Below, in pieces: positions 1-10,569 of a stretch of 64,000 nucleotides of DNA; the first letter of the stretch is position 1; each line of letters begins with the position of its first letter. The notes under the pieces were generated by a model that was not told the origin of the DNA, made no database searches, and saw only the letters and a list, made by a program, of their open reading frames with translations. A program made the translations under genes and the position numbers. The stretch comes from an uncultured bacterium. GTDB taxonomy: Bacteria > Patescibacteriota > JACMRA01. The stretch spans positions 1 through 64,000 of the forward strand of contig OY969926.1 of the NCBI GenBank assembly GCA_963704645.1, in the 5' to 3' direction.

Positions 1-1
1 G

Positions 2-469
2 ACTGCCTCAAAACTTATTGTAGGCTACAACGAAGTGTATTCTTATAAAGTAGAGTATTCCAATTTAACAAGTAATGTACTTACAAACGTTGTTCTTACA
101 GATACAATTACCGATTCTCGTTTAGACTACGTGGAAAATAGCTGTACAGGAGGCTGTACCTACAATGCTTCAACAAGAACCCTAACCTGGACCAAAGCAC
201 AACTTGCAGCCAATGAAAAAGTAACAGTAGAATTTTCTGTAAAAGTTAAGAATGCTGTAAATATTATTGATGATATAGTTAATATAGCTTACATACAAAC
301 TGACCAAACACCAAAACAAGAAAGTAAAGCCATTGTTAGAATTTTCACAGAATTACCAAGAACTGGAGGAGTAGCTACTTTTGGATTGTTAGCTATTGGA
401 ATATTTGCCTCAGCTGGCTTGTACTATGCATATTATGAGAAGAAGCGAAGAAGCAGAATGTACAATTAA
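2..469 (+). CDS. C-terminal part of a cell-surface protein with a DUF11-type Ig-like domain and an LPxTG sorting signal (5' end lies outside the window)
   Basis: Frame is open from base 2. YKVEYSN..LTNVVLTDTI..YVENS..TLTW is a DUF11-like pattern. Ends in LPRTG, a hydrophobic helix and a basic tail (EKKRRSR). Confidence 0.8.
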   Translation, partial: TASKLIVGYNEVYSYKVEYSNLTSNVLTNVVLTDTITDSRLDYVENSCTGGCTYNASTRTLTWTKAQLAANEKVTVEFSVKVKNAVNIIDDIVNIAYIQTDQTPKQESKAIVRIFTELPRTGGVATFGLLAIGIFASAGLYYAYYEKKRRSRMYN

Positions 470-726
470 ACAATTATACAAAAAGCTAATTAAATTCAAA
501 GTTTAGAATTTCAAAATAAAACCAGGCTAACCATTTCAGGCTGTATTGGCTGTAAAATTTATGTTATAAAGACTTACTATATAAAATAGTAATTGGTTGA
601 TGGTAAAATGAAGTAGATTATTTCTGTTTCCAGCTTATTCCAAAAATTATCATAAAAAATAAGGAGGCTAAAATCCTAATTATCTTACTTGCTTTAAATT
701 AGTAGTTTATATAGTCATATTAATAT

Positions 727-1155
727 ATGAAAACCACGGAACTACCAATAAAATTAGAGGGTATACTATTTGCAAAGACAGGTGGTGAAATAAAATATTT
801 AGTTTTACACCGAAGGCCTGAAGAAGGTAACTTTTGGCAACCTTTAACTGGAACATTAAATTCTGATGAATCCATTATTGAATGTTTGTACCGTGAAATT
901 AAAGAAGAAATTGGCTTAAGCAAGCTGGAAATTATTGACTTAACTGATGAAGTTTATCGTTTTGAATGGAAGAGAAATGAGGAAACCATACTTGAATTTG
1001 TGTATGGCGTAGAACTTAATTTTGATCAGAATATTATTTTATCAAACGAACATGACCAGTATAGATGGTGTAGTTCTGATGAAGCAATAAGTATTTTAGA
1101 CAAAGAAAATAACAAAAAAGCTTTTGAAGTTTTTCGAAGCAAAATTAACTATTAA
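727..1155 (+). CDS. NUDIX hydrolase (NudB/dATP pyrophosphohydrolase-like)
   Basis: Nudix box GTLNSDESIIECLYREIKEEIG, plus WQP..G and LSNEHDQYRW motifs. Confidence 0.9.
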   Translation: MKTTELPIKLEGILFAKTGGEIKYLVLHRRPEEGNFWQPLTGTLNSDESIIECLYREIKEEIGLSKLEIIDLTDEVYRFEWKRNEETILEFVYGVELNFDQNIILSNEHDQYRWCSSDEAISILDKENNKKAFEVFRSKINY

Positions 1156-1160
1156 CCAAA

Positions 1161-1769
1161 ATGACTTCCTCCAACCCTACTCTACTTTTTAATAGTTTTA
1201 AACAATCTAAAAGACTGGTAATTTTAACCCACGGTGCTAGTGAAGGAATTGAAAACAGTTTTCTTCAAAACTTCATTCATAAATTTACTAACCAAAAAGT
1301 TAGTGTTTTAGCTATACAAATGCCTTTTAAAGATAGAGGTGAAAATTCTTCTTCAGGACCAGAACTGTTGGAAGAACTGCAGGTTGTTGAACAAGCAATG
1401 AAACTAGTAAATCTATTTGAATATGAAAGCATTGATTTTATTGGAAAGTCTTTAGGAGGAATAATTCTTAGTAAATTTTTAAATAGCCAAGATAAAAGCT
1501 TTCAAACTAAAACCAGTTTAACTATTTTAGGCTATATTTACGGCGATGTTGAAATTAATAATTATTCTGGGAAGTTAGTTGTTATCCAAGGTGAAAACGA
1601 TAAATATGGAGACAAGAAAGAAATACACAATGATTTGGGCAAGTGTATTTCTAAAGATAAAAGTTTAGTTATAATACCAAATGCAGATCACAGCTACAGA
1701 AATAAAAATAAAGAACCTGTTTACCAGAGTGAGGTTGTGGAAATGATAGATATAATCTTGAGTAGATAA
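1161..1769 (+). CDS. alpha/beta hydrolase fold protein
   Basis: THGAS, nucleophile elbow GKSLGG, QGEND (Asp) and ADHS (His). Confidence 0.85.
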   Translation: MTSSNPTLLFNSFKQSKRLVILTHGASEGIENSFLQNFIHKFTNQKVSVLAIQMPFKDRGENSSSGPELLEELQVVEQAMKLVNLFEYESIDFIGKSLGGIILSKFLNSQDKSFQTKTSLTILGYIYGDVEINNYSGKLVVIQGENDKYGDKKEIHNDLGKCISKDKSLVIIPNADHSYRNKNKEPVYQSEVVEMIDIILSR

Positions 1770-1852
1770 ATTTTACATACAAAATAAAGAATTGTTTAAA
1801 TAAAAACTACCTAAAAATTAGGTAGTGCTGTGAATTTTTAAAGTTCTAAGTT

Positions 1853-2125
1853 TTAGAAAATCATTTTATAGGATAAAATTAATCCACCAAACTGAATAAA
1901 CCAAAAAAGTATGTTGTCAGTTAATTTTTTAAATACTCCTGAGTTATTAACATAATACATTGTGATTGTGCCACAGGAAATAATTGCGATATACACGATA
2001 GACATTATCAGATTATGATACCGATTAAACAATATTATTGCCACTGCAACAGAAACAACTACGTTTAAAAAGCAAACAGCAAATCCTAAAAACTTAATCA
2101 TTTTGTTTAAAAATAAAAAACTCAT
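1853..2125 (-). CDS. small membrane protein, hypothetical
   Basis: Three hydrophobic segments. Converges with the hydrolase gene at a hairpin near 1806-1827. Confidence 0.5.
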   Translation of the reverse strand: MSFLFLNKMIKFLGFAVCFLNVVVSVAVAIILFNRYHNLIMSIVYIAIISCGTITMYYVNNSGVFKKLTDNILFWFIQFGGLILSYKMIF

Positions 2126-2209
2126 TTAAATAATGCATAAATTTTAAGTTTAATCAACTAATTTACAAATTATAAAAATTTCCAATAAATAAATTTGTGT
2201 ACAAATTAA

Positions 2210-2890
2210 ATGAATCTCCGGCAGATTTTTACGAAAAAAAAATACTATTCATTATTTCTTGAAAATGATTTTCCAAATTATGAAATATTTTGGGCTAAAT
2301 TTATAGCCCCCAAAACTAATAGACCTAAATCAATTAATTGGAAAAATGATGTTAGTGAAAATTTAAAATATATATCACAACTTCACTATACTGTTTTTTT
2401 CAATCTGGTTAGAGCTTATAATATTTTAATAGAATTAGAAAGTACTAAGGATATTTATCAAAGATTTTTATTCCAAGATTTTATTGTTAGAATAGCATCT
2501 GCAATAGATTGTGCAGATGAGCTTCTGGAAAGGGTAATTAATAACAATTACTTTAATTTATGGGACTCCACCACATCAAGAAGAATAAGAAACAAATGGA
2601 GAACAGCTAATGGAAATAAAACTCATTGCTTGAGGCAATATAGAAACCAAATTGTGCACGGTTGCATATGGCTTTCACTTCCAAATTCATCTGCAGTTCC
2701 AAAAATAGAACATATTAATTTATACATAGAATGGGATGGATCTGATGTAGTATCAAGTGATGATTGGGTTGAAGCAAGAAAATATGCTCCCCAAATTTGG
2801 AGAGATTATGTAACCAGTTATTTAGATGTTAATTGGCAAGAAATGTTGTATCAGAATAAAATTAATGAAATTGAACTACATTTAAACTAA
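2210..2890 (+). CDS. putative HEPN-domain protein (Cthe_2314-like)
   Basis: Helical protein with an Rx4H motif (RNQIVH) and an upstream FIVRIASAID segment. Confidence 0.5.
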   Translation: MNLRQIFTKKKYYSLFLENDFPNYEIFWAKFIAPKTNRPKSINWKNDVSENLKYISQLHYTVFFNLVRAYNILIELESTKDIYQRFLFQDFIVRIASAIDCADELLERVINNNYFNLWDSTTSRRIRNKWRTANGNKTHCLRQYRNQIVHGCIWLSLPNSSAVPKIEHINLYIEWDGSDVVSSDDWVEARKYAPQIWRDYVTSYLDVNWQEMLYQNKINEIELHLN

Positions 2891-2893
2891 ACT

Positions 2894-3394
2894 ATGCCCA
2901 ACTACAAAAACCTAGAAATTAACCAAGATAATTTTTCTTTAAAAAGTATTAACCTAAATTATATTAAAGATATTTTAAACAGCATTCATGGAAGTGTTAA
3001 GGAATATTTTATTGATTTTAAAAATGAAGAAGAGGTGGAAAGATGGATTGATGAAAATATAGATTTAATGGAAAAACAAGATAAAGTTGAACTAGTAATT
3101 TTAAGAGAGGATCAATTTGTAGGAATGATCTCGGTTAGAAATTTAAAGTCTGAACCAATATTTGGTTTGTGGATTAAACCAGAATTTCAAAAACAAGGAG
3201 TAGCTAAAAAAAGCATGAAAATGCTAAAAGATTGGATGTTCAATAACACAGAATTAAACAAAATATATTACACCGCAGAAACTAAAAATTTAGCCAGTAT
3301 TAACTTAGCTAAAAGTTTAAACGCCACTTACACAAGAGATTTTATAGACGAAGATGGAGCAGAAAGCAGTGAGTTTATTTTCTTTAAAAACTAA
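2894..3394 (+). CDS. GNAT N-acetyltransferase, RimJ/RimL family
   Basis: FVGMISV, GLWIKPEFQKQGVA (acetyl-CoA motif A), NLASINLAKSL. Confidence 0.85.
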   Translation: MPNYKNLEINQDNFSLKSINLNYIKDILNSIHGSVKEYFIDFKNEEEVERWIDENIDLMEKQDKVELVILREDQFVGMISVRNLKSEPIFGLWIKPEFQKQGVAKKSMKMLKDWMFNNTELNKIYYTAETKNLASINLAKSLNATYTRDFIDEDGAESSEFIFFKN

Positions 3395-3477
3395 TTTAAT
3401 TTAGGAAAATTAATCTACAAATTTAAACGACTAAGCAAATTGACAATAGCCATTTTTAAGGACAGTAATTGGTGTTA

Positions 3478-3918
3478 ATGAAACAAAATAACAAAACAGT
3501 TTTAATTGCACCTGAAAGTAACCCTGCTAAACTTTACTTGCCTCTTTTTCAAAGTCTTGTGCAGGCAGGTTTTCCTTCCCCAGCGGAAGATTTTACAGAC
3601 ACCAAATTAGATCTTAACCAGTTTTTAATTAAACACCCTAGCAGCACTTTTTTTGTTAGAGTAACAGGTGATTCCATGGTTGAGGCTGGTATTTTTGAAA
3701 ACGATTTGGTAATTGTAGACAGAAGCTTAACCCCAGCAAGCGGACAAATTATTCTGGCCGTTGTGGAAGGAGAATTTACTATAAAAAAGTTTGTTAAACA
3801 AAAAAATGATATTTGGCTTTACCCTGCCAATAGCAACTACGAACCTACTAAAATTTTAGAGGGAATAGGTTTTCAAGTATGGGGTGTTGTAACATACACA
3901 ATTAAAAAAACCAGCTAA
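3478..3918 (+). CDS. umuD: error-prone DNA polymerase V autoproteolytic subunit UmuD (peptidase S24)
   Basis: VQAGFPSPA cleavage site, VTGDSM (Ser), FTIKKF (Lys), WGVV. ATG 3478 chosen over TTG 3469 because TTGACA lies at 3440. Confidence 0.93.
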   Translation: MKQNNKTVLIAPESNPAKLYLPLFQSLVQAGFPSPAEDFTDTKLDLNQFLIKHPSSTFFVRVTGDSMVEAGIFENDLVIVDRSLTPASGQIILAVVEGEFTIKKFVKQKNDIWLYPANSNYEPTKILEGIGFQVWGVVTYTIKKTS

Positions 3919-3966
3919 AGCCCAGCTGTTTCTTACACTTACATAAAAACCAAACTTATAATTTTT

Positions 3967-5271
3967 ATGAATAAATATATAGCTTTAATTGATTGTAACA
4001 ACTTCTATGTTTCCTGTGAAAGAATTTTTAACCCTAAACTTGAAGGCAAACCTGTTGTGGTTTTAAGTAATAATGACGGGTGCATAGTGGCCAGAAGCGA
4101 TGAAGTAAAGGCTTTGAATATTCCAATGGGAGCGCCTTATTTTAAATATAAGCAAGCCCTACTAAATGGCAAAGCTACTGTTTTTTCTTCCAATTATTCT
4201 TTATACGGAGATATTAGCCAAAGAATGATGCAAATTTTAAACCAGTTCACAAATAATTTAGAAGTTTATTCTATAGACGAAGCTTTTATAGATCTATCAC
4301 ATATTCCAGAAAATGATTTGGAATCTTTTGCTAAAGAAATTCAAGCCACAATTAAGCAAAATTTAGGCATTCCAGTCTCCATTGGTATTGCTGTAACCAA
4401 AACTTTAGCTAAAGCGGCCAACGAGTTCGCTAAAAAAGAGTTTAGAAATTCCAAAAAAAACCTACAACCAAGTAAATACAATGGTGTGGCCGTAATTTTG
4501 AAAAATGATGAAGTTAATAGGTTAGATATTTTATCTAAAGTTGCAGTGGAAGATGTATGGGGTGTTGGCAGAAAATATTCCAAATTACTTTTAGAAAACA
4601 ATATTGCCACCGCGTTGCAACTTAGCACTACAAATATAGACTGGGTCAACAAAAATATGACCATTCAAGGTTCAAAACTAGTAAGAGAACTTAACGGTAT
4701 TACCTGTTTAAATGTAGAAAGTTTAGAGAGTCCAAAAAAGAGTATTGTTAGCAGTCGCTCTTTTGGAAAAACCATTACAACATTAAAAGAGTTGCAACAA
4801 CCCATAGCTAGTTTTGCAAGCACAGTAAGTGAAAAGCTAAGAAAACAAAAATCTTGCGCGGCCTATGTATCGGTTTTTATTTTAACTAGCAGGTTTAAAA
4901 ACTCTGAACAAAAATACTTTGGGTCACAGGGAATTTATATAGAAAATGCAACCAATTTTACTTCAGATATTGTTAAAGTATGTTTAGAGTTACTGCAAAA
5001 AATTTATATTAACGGCTACCAGTATAAAAAAGCCGGCGTAATGGTATCTGGTTTAGTTAATCAAAATGATGTTCAAACCAGCTTGTTTGGCGAAAAAAAT
5101 TCCAGTCTTAAAAAAGATAAAATAATGGAGGTAATAGATAAAATTAACAAACAATACGGCAAAAACTCAATTAAGTTAGGCGTGGAAGGCTTTGATAACA
5201 ATTGGAAAGGAAAGGCTGAAATTACTTCTAACAGATATACCACCGAGTGGAAAGAAATTTTGAAAGTTTAA
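3967..5271 (+). CDS. umuC: Y-family DNA polymerase V catalytic subunit UmuC
   Basis: [25 protein letters not shown], and a C-terminal S.RYTT.W motif. Follows umuD. Confidence 0.95.
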   Translation: MNKYIALIDCNNFYVSCERIFNPKLEGKPVVVLSNNDGCIVARSDEVKALNIPMGAPYFKYKQALLNGKATVFSSNYSLYGDISQRMMQILNQFTNNLEVYSIDEAFIDLSHIPENDLESFAKEIQATIKQNLGIPVSIGIAVTKTLAKAANEFAKKEFRNSKKNLQPSKYNGVAVILKNDEVNRLDILSKVAVEDVWGVGRKYSKLLLENNIATALQLSTTNIDWVNKNMTIQGSKLVRELNGITCLNVESLESPKKSIVSSRSFGKTITTLKELQQPIASFASTVSEKLRKQKSCAAYVSVFILTSRFKNSEQKYFGSQGIYIENATNFTSDIVKVCLELLQKIYINGYQYKKAGVMVSGLVNQNDVQTSLFGEKNSSLKKDKIMEVIDKINKQYGKNSIKLGVEGFDNNWKGKAEITSNRYTTEWKEILKV

Positions 5272-5337
5272 TGCTTTTTTGCGGAAAAGCCAGGGTTCTA
5301 GTAGACAAATACAAACCTATAATTTAGTAAAAAACTT

Positions 5338-6375
5338 GTGATCTTTTCCAAATTAAACAAACTCCAAGTTGGTGACAAAGTTGCAGTAATTTCTCCGTCT
5401 TTTGCTGCCCCTGCTGTATGGCCAGAAGTGTTTGAACTTGGTCTTTCAAGACTTAAAGAATTTGGTTTAAAACCAGTAATTTACCCAGCTACTTCAAAAT
5501 TAAATTCAACAGGTGAAGAACGAATTGCTGATATAGTTTCAGCATTTTCCAACAAAGAAATTAAAACTGTTTTTGCAACTTTAGGTGGAGACGACCAAGT
5601 TACATATATTCACAAACTTCCTGCTGATATTATTAAAAACAACCCTAAACCATTTTTTGGCTTTAGCGATAATTCCCACTTAGCTAATTTTTTGTGGCTG
5701 CAAGGTATTCCCTCTTTTTACGGAGCCTGTCTTTTTACTCAGTTTGCTATGCCAGTAAAAATTGATGATTTTACTAAAAAATTTTTGGAAATTGCCCTGT
5801 TTAAAACAGGAGTGTTTCAGCTTGAATCTAGCAAATATCATTGCCAATATTCAAACACAGAATGGTCTAATTTAGAAACCATGAAACATGAAAGAAATTT
5901 TATAGAAAACACTGGTTGGTTTTGGAACGGAGAGGCCAATGCCAAAGGCTATACTTGGGGTGGGTGTTTGGAATCTATAGATGAAATGTTAAGAAACGGA
6001 GTGGAAATTCCTAATAAAAAAGAATTTGAGGATATTATTTTAGTTTTAGAAACTTCTGAAGAAAGAAAAGCTGCAGAATATGTTCACAGGGTAATTAGAG
6101 CTTTGGGTCAGCGTGGTTTACTTGAAAATATTAGGGGTGTTTTAGTGGGTAGACCTGATACGGGGCTTATGGACCCAAGTAAAACAGATGAAGAAAGAGA
6201 AAATTATAGAATTGAACAAAGAAAAACCATCCTAGAAACTATTCGGAAATATAATTTAACTTGCCCTATTATTCAGAATATAGACTTTGGTCACACCTAC
6301 CCTCAAATACCTTTACCATTAGGAAGTTTAACAGAAATTAATTCGAAGGAAAAAAGCATTAGAATACAGTTTTAG
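5338..6375 (+). CDS. S66 family LD-carboxypeptidase / MccF-like
   Basis: VAVISPS, GGDDQ, FFGFSD (Ser), LETSEE (Glu), DFGHT.PQ (His). Confidence 0.9.
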   Translation: MIFSKLNKLQVGDKVAVISPSFAAPAVWPEVFELGLSRLKEFGLKPVIYPATSKLNSTGEERIADIVSAFSNKEIKTVFATLGGDDQVTYIHKLPADIIKNNPKPFFGFSDNSHLANFLWLQGIPSFYGACLFTQFAMPVKIDDFTKKFLEIALFKTGVFQLESSKYHCQYSNTEWSNLETMKHERNFIENTGWFWNGEANAKGYTWGGCLESIDEMLRNGVEIPNKKEFEDIILVLETSEERKAAEYVHRVIRALGQRGLLENIRGVLVGRPDTGLMDPSKTDEERENYRIEQRKTILETIRKYNLTCPIIQNIDFGHTYPQIPLPLGSLTEINSKEKSIRIQF

Positions 6376-6428
6376 ATCCTTAAATTCAGCATTTTACAGA
6401 TTAAGTTGGAGTTTGCTCATTTCAAATA

Positions 6429-6812
6429 TCAAACCATCAAAGCAAAATACAGGCCACACAAAAACAAGATAAAAGTAATGGGTTGCCACAACATTCTCTC
6501 TTTTTTACTTCTAGTAATTGAATTTAAAATAACTCCTAAAAACATAAAGCCAACTACAAACCAAATTGTGTAGGAAGGTGGCTTCCACCATAAATTTACC
6601 AGCCCTGATTTTTCAAGTCCAATGTAGCCAACAGAGGTTAAAATTATTGCCGAAATAAATGCATTTATTCTTAAATTTAAGGGTAAAACTCCTTTCACAT
6701 AACCACCCATTGTGTATTCTCCCCACGGCTTTTTTAGCACTAAACCAAGCTGAAAAAGTACTGTGAAAATTATTAATACTAAATAAATACAAACCACTAT
6801 TATTGTAAGCAT
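6429..6812 (-). CDS. conserved small membrane protein
   Basis: Four TM helices with PWGEYTMGG and NSITRSKKER..W.P motifs. Confidence 0.7.
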   Translation of the reverse strand: MLTIIVVCIYLVLIIFTVLFQLGLVLKKPWGEYTMGGYVKGVLPLNLRINAFISAIILTSVGYIGLEKSGLVNLWWKPPSYTIWFVVGFMFLGVILNSITRSKKERMLWQPITFILFLCGLYFALMV

Positions 6813-6922
6813 AAACTAGATATAGCTTATTAATAATTAGTGTCCAGTAGAAATTTAGTGAATTTCATAACCAAATTGTTCCAGTCTTTACATTCTAACA
6901 CTTTCTAAACTATTTTTAGAAT

Positions 6923-7525
6923 ATGCACATAACCATAATTTCTTCTTCCCAAAGAGACAATTCCCAGACCTTAAAAGTTTGTAATTATTTGCAGGAAGTT
7001 TTAAAGGAAAAAAATGTTGAAACAAGCCTATTTAATTTGTTTAACGAAAACCTACCCTTCTATAACTCAGACAATAAACTAGATGCTAATTGGCTAAAAA
7101 TTAAGCAAGTTATAACCAACTCAGACGGTTTTATTTTAGCAACACCAGAATGGAATGGTTCGGCTTCCCCAATGCTTTTAAATTTTTTAGAATACTGTGG
7201 TGTAAATGAAGTAGCCCACAAACCTGCTCTTTTGGTTTCAGTTTCAGCAGGAAGAGGTGGAGCAAACCCAATTATGCAAATGCGCCAAAGTGCCTATAAA
7301 AACAACCGGATTTTATATATACCCGAACATTTAATTGTTAGAAAAGTAGAAAGTGTTATGAACGAACCTAACTCTGAGAATATTACTGATGAAAAGTCTG
7401 ATGAAATAATTAAAACCAGAGCCAATTATGCGTTGGATATTTTGCTTAGTTACGCAGAAAGTTTAAAAGATTTAAGAGATAAAACAGACTTTAAATTTTC
7501 AGAGTTCAAAAACGGCATGAGCTAG
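6923..7525 (+). CDS. NADPH-dependent FMN reductase (flavodoxin fold)
   Basis: SSSQRDNSQT, ATPEWNGS, VSVSAGRGG. Confidence 0.9.
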   Translation: MHITIISSSQRDNSQTLKVCNYLQEVLKEKNVETSLFNLFNENLPFYNSDNKLDANWLKIKQVITNSDGFILATPEWNGSASPMLLNFLEYCGVNEVAHKPALLVSVSAGRGGANPIMQMRQSAYKNNRILYIPEHLIVRKVESVMNEPNSENITDEKSDEIIKTRANYALDILLSYAESLKDLRDKTDFKFSEFKNGMS

Positions 7526-7586
7526 GTTTGACAACGACTTAGATTCAAGCCCTTGTAGCACAGAAGTTTGAAACTGGTATTAAAAA

Positions 7587-7862
7587 TTGGAAAATAGAAA
7601 ACAGATTGTAATTAATTTTATAACTGAAAAAGATATCACAACTAGCCTTTTCATATCGGAAGTTTCGGAAAGTGAAATTCAAATTACAGAAGTGGGAATA
7701 ATTAATGGAGAGATAGAACAATTGTGCTATATAGAAAGTTTAAAAAAGGCTGTCAGCAAAAAACTAGAGGCAATTGGTTTAAAGGTTGAATCACCTTTTT
7801 ATGACTATAGCCTAGTATATAACTCAACCCTAGAAGAGGTAGAAGCTGCACTTACAAAGTAG
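7587..7862 (+). CDS. hypothetical protein
   Basis: ORF fills the gap between neighbours and is followed by a hairpin near 7882-7905. Confidence 0.45.
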   Translation: MENRKQIVINFITEKDITTSLFISEVSESEIQITEVGIINGEIEQLCYIESLKKAVSKKLEAIGLKVESPFYDYSLVYNSTLEEVEAALTK

Positions 7863-7960
7863 CAATTCTAAATGCAAAAACGAGGCAAGCCTAAAAACCT
7901 GCCTCTAATTTTTGGCTAAAAATTGACTAATTCTAAGTAATTATTACTAACTAAATTACT

Positions 7961-9280
7961 ATGACAGACAGAATTTTGGCTTCTCAATTATCGGCGCATA
8001 TTGGCAGCCAGGTTAAAATTGAAGGTTGGCTTCACAAGAAGCGTGAAGTTAGCAGCAAATTAGCATTTTTAGTGCTTCGTGATAGAACTGGGCTTGTTCA
8101 AGTTGTTATTGAAAATGAAGCAGAAATTGAAAAGTTAAAAGGTTCTCAAGCTGGTTCAATTATAACCGTAATTGGCAGTGTTCACGAAGATGTTAGAGCC
8201 ACAATTGGAGTTGAAATTAAAGAGCCAACTATTACGGTAAACGTTGAAGTTGAAGAAGTTTTACCAGTAGAAATTGATAAACCAATTAGTCACGATTCTG
8301 AAAATTTTGATACTTTGTTTAATTACCGCCAAATTACAGTTCGATCTGTTCCAGAAAGAGCCATTTTTAAAATTAAATCTAACACTGTTCAAGCTTTTCG
8401 TCAGTTTTTCTGGGAAAACGATTTTACTGAAATTCACACACCTAAAATTTTAGCCGGAGCAACCGAAGGCGGAACAGAAGTTTTTCATTTAGACTATTTT
8501 GGAAAGCCAGCTTGTTTGGCTCAGTCTCCACAGTTTTACAAGCAAATGATGGTTGGCGCTTTTGAAAGAGTTTTTGAAATTGGCTCGGCTTTTAGGGCTG
8601 AACTTAGTTTCACCACAAGGCATGTAACCGAAATTATGATGATTGATATGGAAATGGGTTTTATTAATAACCACCAAGACGTACTAGATATGACAAACAA
8701 TATGTTGAATTATGTGGTAAACAAAACTTGGGAAACTTCGGCTAAAGAACTAGAAATGTGGGGTGCAACCAAGCCAGTTTTAACTGAAAAATATCCACAA
8801 ATTACAGTTAAAGATTTACACCAAATGTATTTTGAAGCCACAGGGGAAGATTTCAGAGAAGAAAAAGACACCTCACCAATTGAAGAACGCTGGATTTGTG
8901 AATATAGTAAGGATCACTGGGGAAGTGAAGCTGTTTTTGTAACAGAATTTCCTTCAGCTAGTATGACTTTTTATCATATGAAAAATGAAGAAAAACCAGA
9001 AGTTGCCTATCGTGCCGATTTACTATTTAGAGGTGTGGAGATTGCTACTGTTCCAATGCGCGAACACCGCTATGAAAAATTAATTGAACAAATTAAGGCC
9101 AAAGGGCTAGACCCAGAAGACGAAGGCTTTAAATATTATGTTTCTGCATTCAGACACGGACTTCCAAAGCACGGTGGTTTTGGCATGGGACTAGAAAGAA
9201 TTGTTCAAAAAATGCTTGGCTTAAATTCTGTAAAAGAAGCTATTTTGTTCCCAAGAGACGTAAAAAGATTATCTCCGTAA
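7961..9280 (+). CDS. aspS: aspartate--tRNA(Asp/Asn) ligase, archaeal-type non-discriminating
   Basis: OB-fold FLVLRDRTG, LAQSPQFYKQ, FRAE, HGGFGMGLER, LFPRD. 439 aa with no GAD insertion. Confidence 0.93.
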   Translation: MTDRILASQLSAHIGSQVKIEGWLHKKREVSSKLAFLVLRDRTGLVQVVIENEAEIEKLKGSQAGSIITVIGSVHEDVRATIGVEIKEPTITVNVEVEEVLPVEIDKPISHDSENFDTLFNYRQITVRSVPERAIFKIKSNTVQAFRQFFWENDFTEIHTPKILAGATEGGTEVFHLDYFGKPACLAQSPQFYKQMMVGAFERVFEIGSAFRAELSFTTRHVTEIMMIDMEMGFINNHQDVLDMTNNMLNYVVNKTWETSAKELEMWGATKPVLTEKYPQITVKDLHQMYFEATGEDFREEKDTSPIEERWICEYSKDHWGSEAVFVTEFPSASMTFYHMKNEEKPEVAYRADLLFRGVEIATVPMREHRYEKLIEQIKAKGLDPEDEGFKYYVSAFRHGLPKHGGFGMGLERIVQKMLGLNSVKEAILFPRDVKRLSP

Positions 9281-9383
9281 TTAGGTTGCATTTTTGCGTT
9301 CTGACGGGGTGTTTATCTGCAAAGATATGCTTGATGAAAACGGACGCCGAACCAAAACTCAGATTTTATTTCAACTCTCTCAC

Positions 9384-9408
9384 TTAGACCCTGAAACAAG
9401 AACAGTGT
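9384..9408 (-). repeat. family B palindromic repeat, reverse-orientation copy
   Basis: TTAGACCCTGAAACAAGAACAG matches the reverse complement of the copy at 50745 with 2 mismatches. Confidence 0.7.
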
Positions 9409-9472
9409 TGTTAGCTGGACAACTTACTATCAAATAACCATATAAAGGCCTATTCACAAACTAGTCGCCACC

Positions 9473-10489
9473 CTATTTCTGACCACTCAAGAAATTTAGA
9501 TTTCCGTTGTAAAATTGGGAAATACCTGAAACCCCAAGTTTAAACTGAGCCATTCTAGTTAAGCCTGGACCAAAAGCTAAACCTTGCCATTCATCTGGCT
9601 CTAACCCCATATTTTTTATAACTTCAGGGTTAATTAAACCACCCCCAAACATTTCAATCCAGCCTAAGCCTTTGCAAACTCTACAACCTTCACCCTTGCA
9701 AAACGGACAAGAAATATCGCCTTCAAAAGATGGATTGGTAAACGGGAAAAAAGCCTGTCTTAGTCTTACCTTTAAATCTGGCCAAGCAAAAAATTCCTGC
9801 ATAATTTGCTCAATTAGAGTAGTAGTTTGGGAAATAGAAGCTTTTCTATCTACAATCCAACAATCAAATTGGTGAAAGTTAATATCGTGAGTAGCATCAA
9901 TATTTTCTGCTCTGTACACAATTCCCGTAAAAATAACTTTAAACGGCGGCTTATTAGATAAAGCATATTTCACGGCGTTGGCCGTAACCTGAGTGCGCAA
10001 AACATAATTTTCATCTTTCTCGTCTTTTAAATTTGCAAAGAATGTATCTTGCATAGCCCTAGCCGAGTGATAATCTGGTGTGTTTACAGAAGTAAAGTTG
10101 TACCACTGACTTTCCACTTGCGATCCTTCAAAAATATCAAAGTTGTACTTTTGAAACAGCTTAATAATTTCTTCAGTAACTAAACTTATTGGGTGAATTT
10201 TACCTGGAGTATATTGTGGGTTAGAAATGTAAAAAGTAGGATCAAATTCTTGAAAATTATCTTTCTCTAATTCTTCTTGCAATAGCTTAATTCTTTCGTC
10301 GCAAGCAATTTGAATTTGCTGTCTAAAAATATTTAGCTGCTGACCTATAACTTTTTTTTCTTCAACACTGGCGGTTTGAATTTGTTTTTTCAATTCAGAA
10401 ATTTCGCCAGAATTATTTAGCTCATCTCTTTTTTGCAAGCATAGATTAATAGAGTTTAAACTTTGAAAATGAATTTTAAAATCTGTCAT
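9473..10489 (-). CDS. pheS: phenylalanine--tRNA ligase alpha subunit
   Basis: HP motif, H.ARAMQDTF, LRTQVT, DATH..FHQ, FPFTNPS, CPFC..GCRVC, GLAFG. Confidence 0.96.
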   Translation of the reverse strand: MTDFKIHFQSLNSINLCLQKRDELNNSGEISELKKQIQTASVEEKKVIGQQLNIFRQQIQIACDERIKLLQEELEKDNFQEFDPTFYISNPQYTPGKIHPISLVTEEIIKLFQKYNFDIFEGSQVESQWYNFTSVNTPDYHSARAMQDTFFANLKDEKDENYVLRTQVTANAVKYALSNKPPFKVIFTGIVYRAENIDATHDINFHQFDCWIVDRKASISQTTTLIEQIMQEFFAWPDLKVRLRQAFFPFTNPSFEGDISCPFCKGEGCRVCKGLGWIEMFGGGLINPEVIKNMGLEPDEWQGLAFGPGLTRMAQFKLGVSGISQFYNGNLNFLSGQK

Positions 10490-10569
10490 AATATATTATT
10501 AACTAAGTCTAAATCTAATTATAGTGTCAAATTAGTGAGTTATACTAAAAGCTAAGTGTGGGTTATTAT

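Noticed and set aside
3395-3478. LexA/SOS box upstream of umuDC
   Set aside because: No convincing known SOS-box consensus or palindrome was found.
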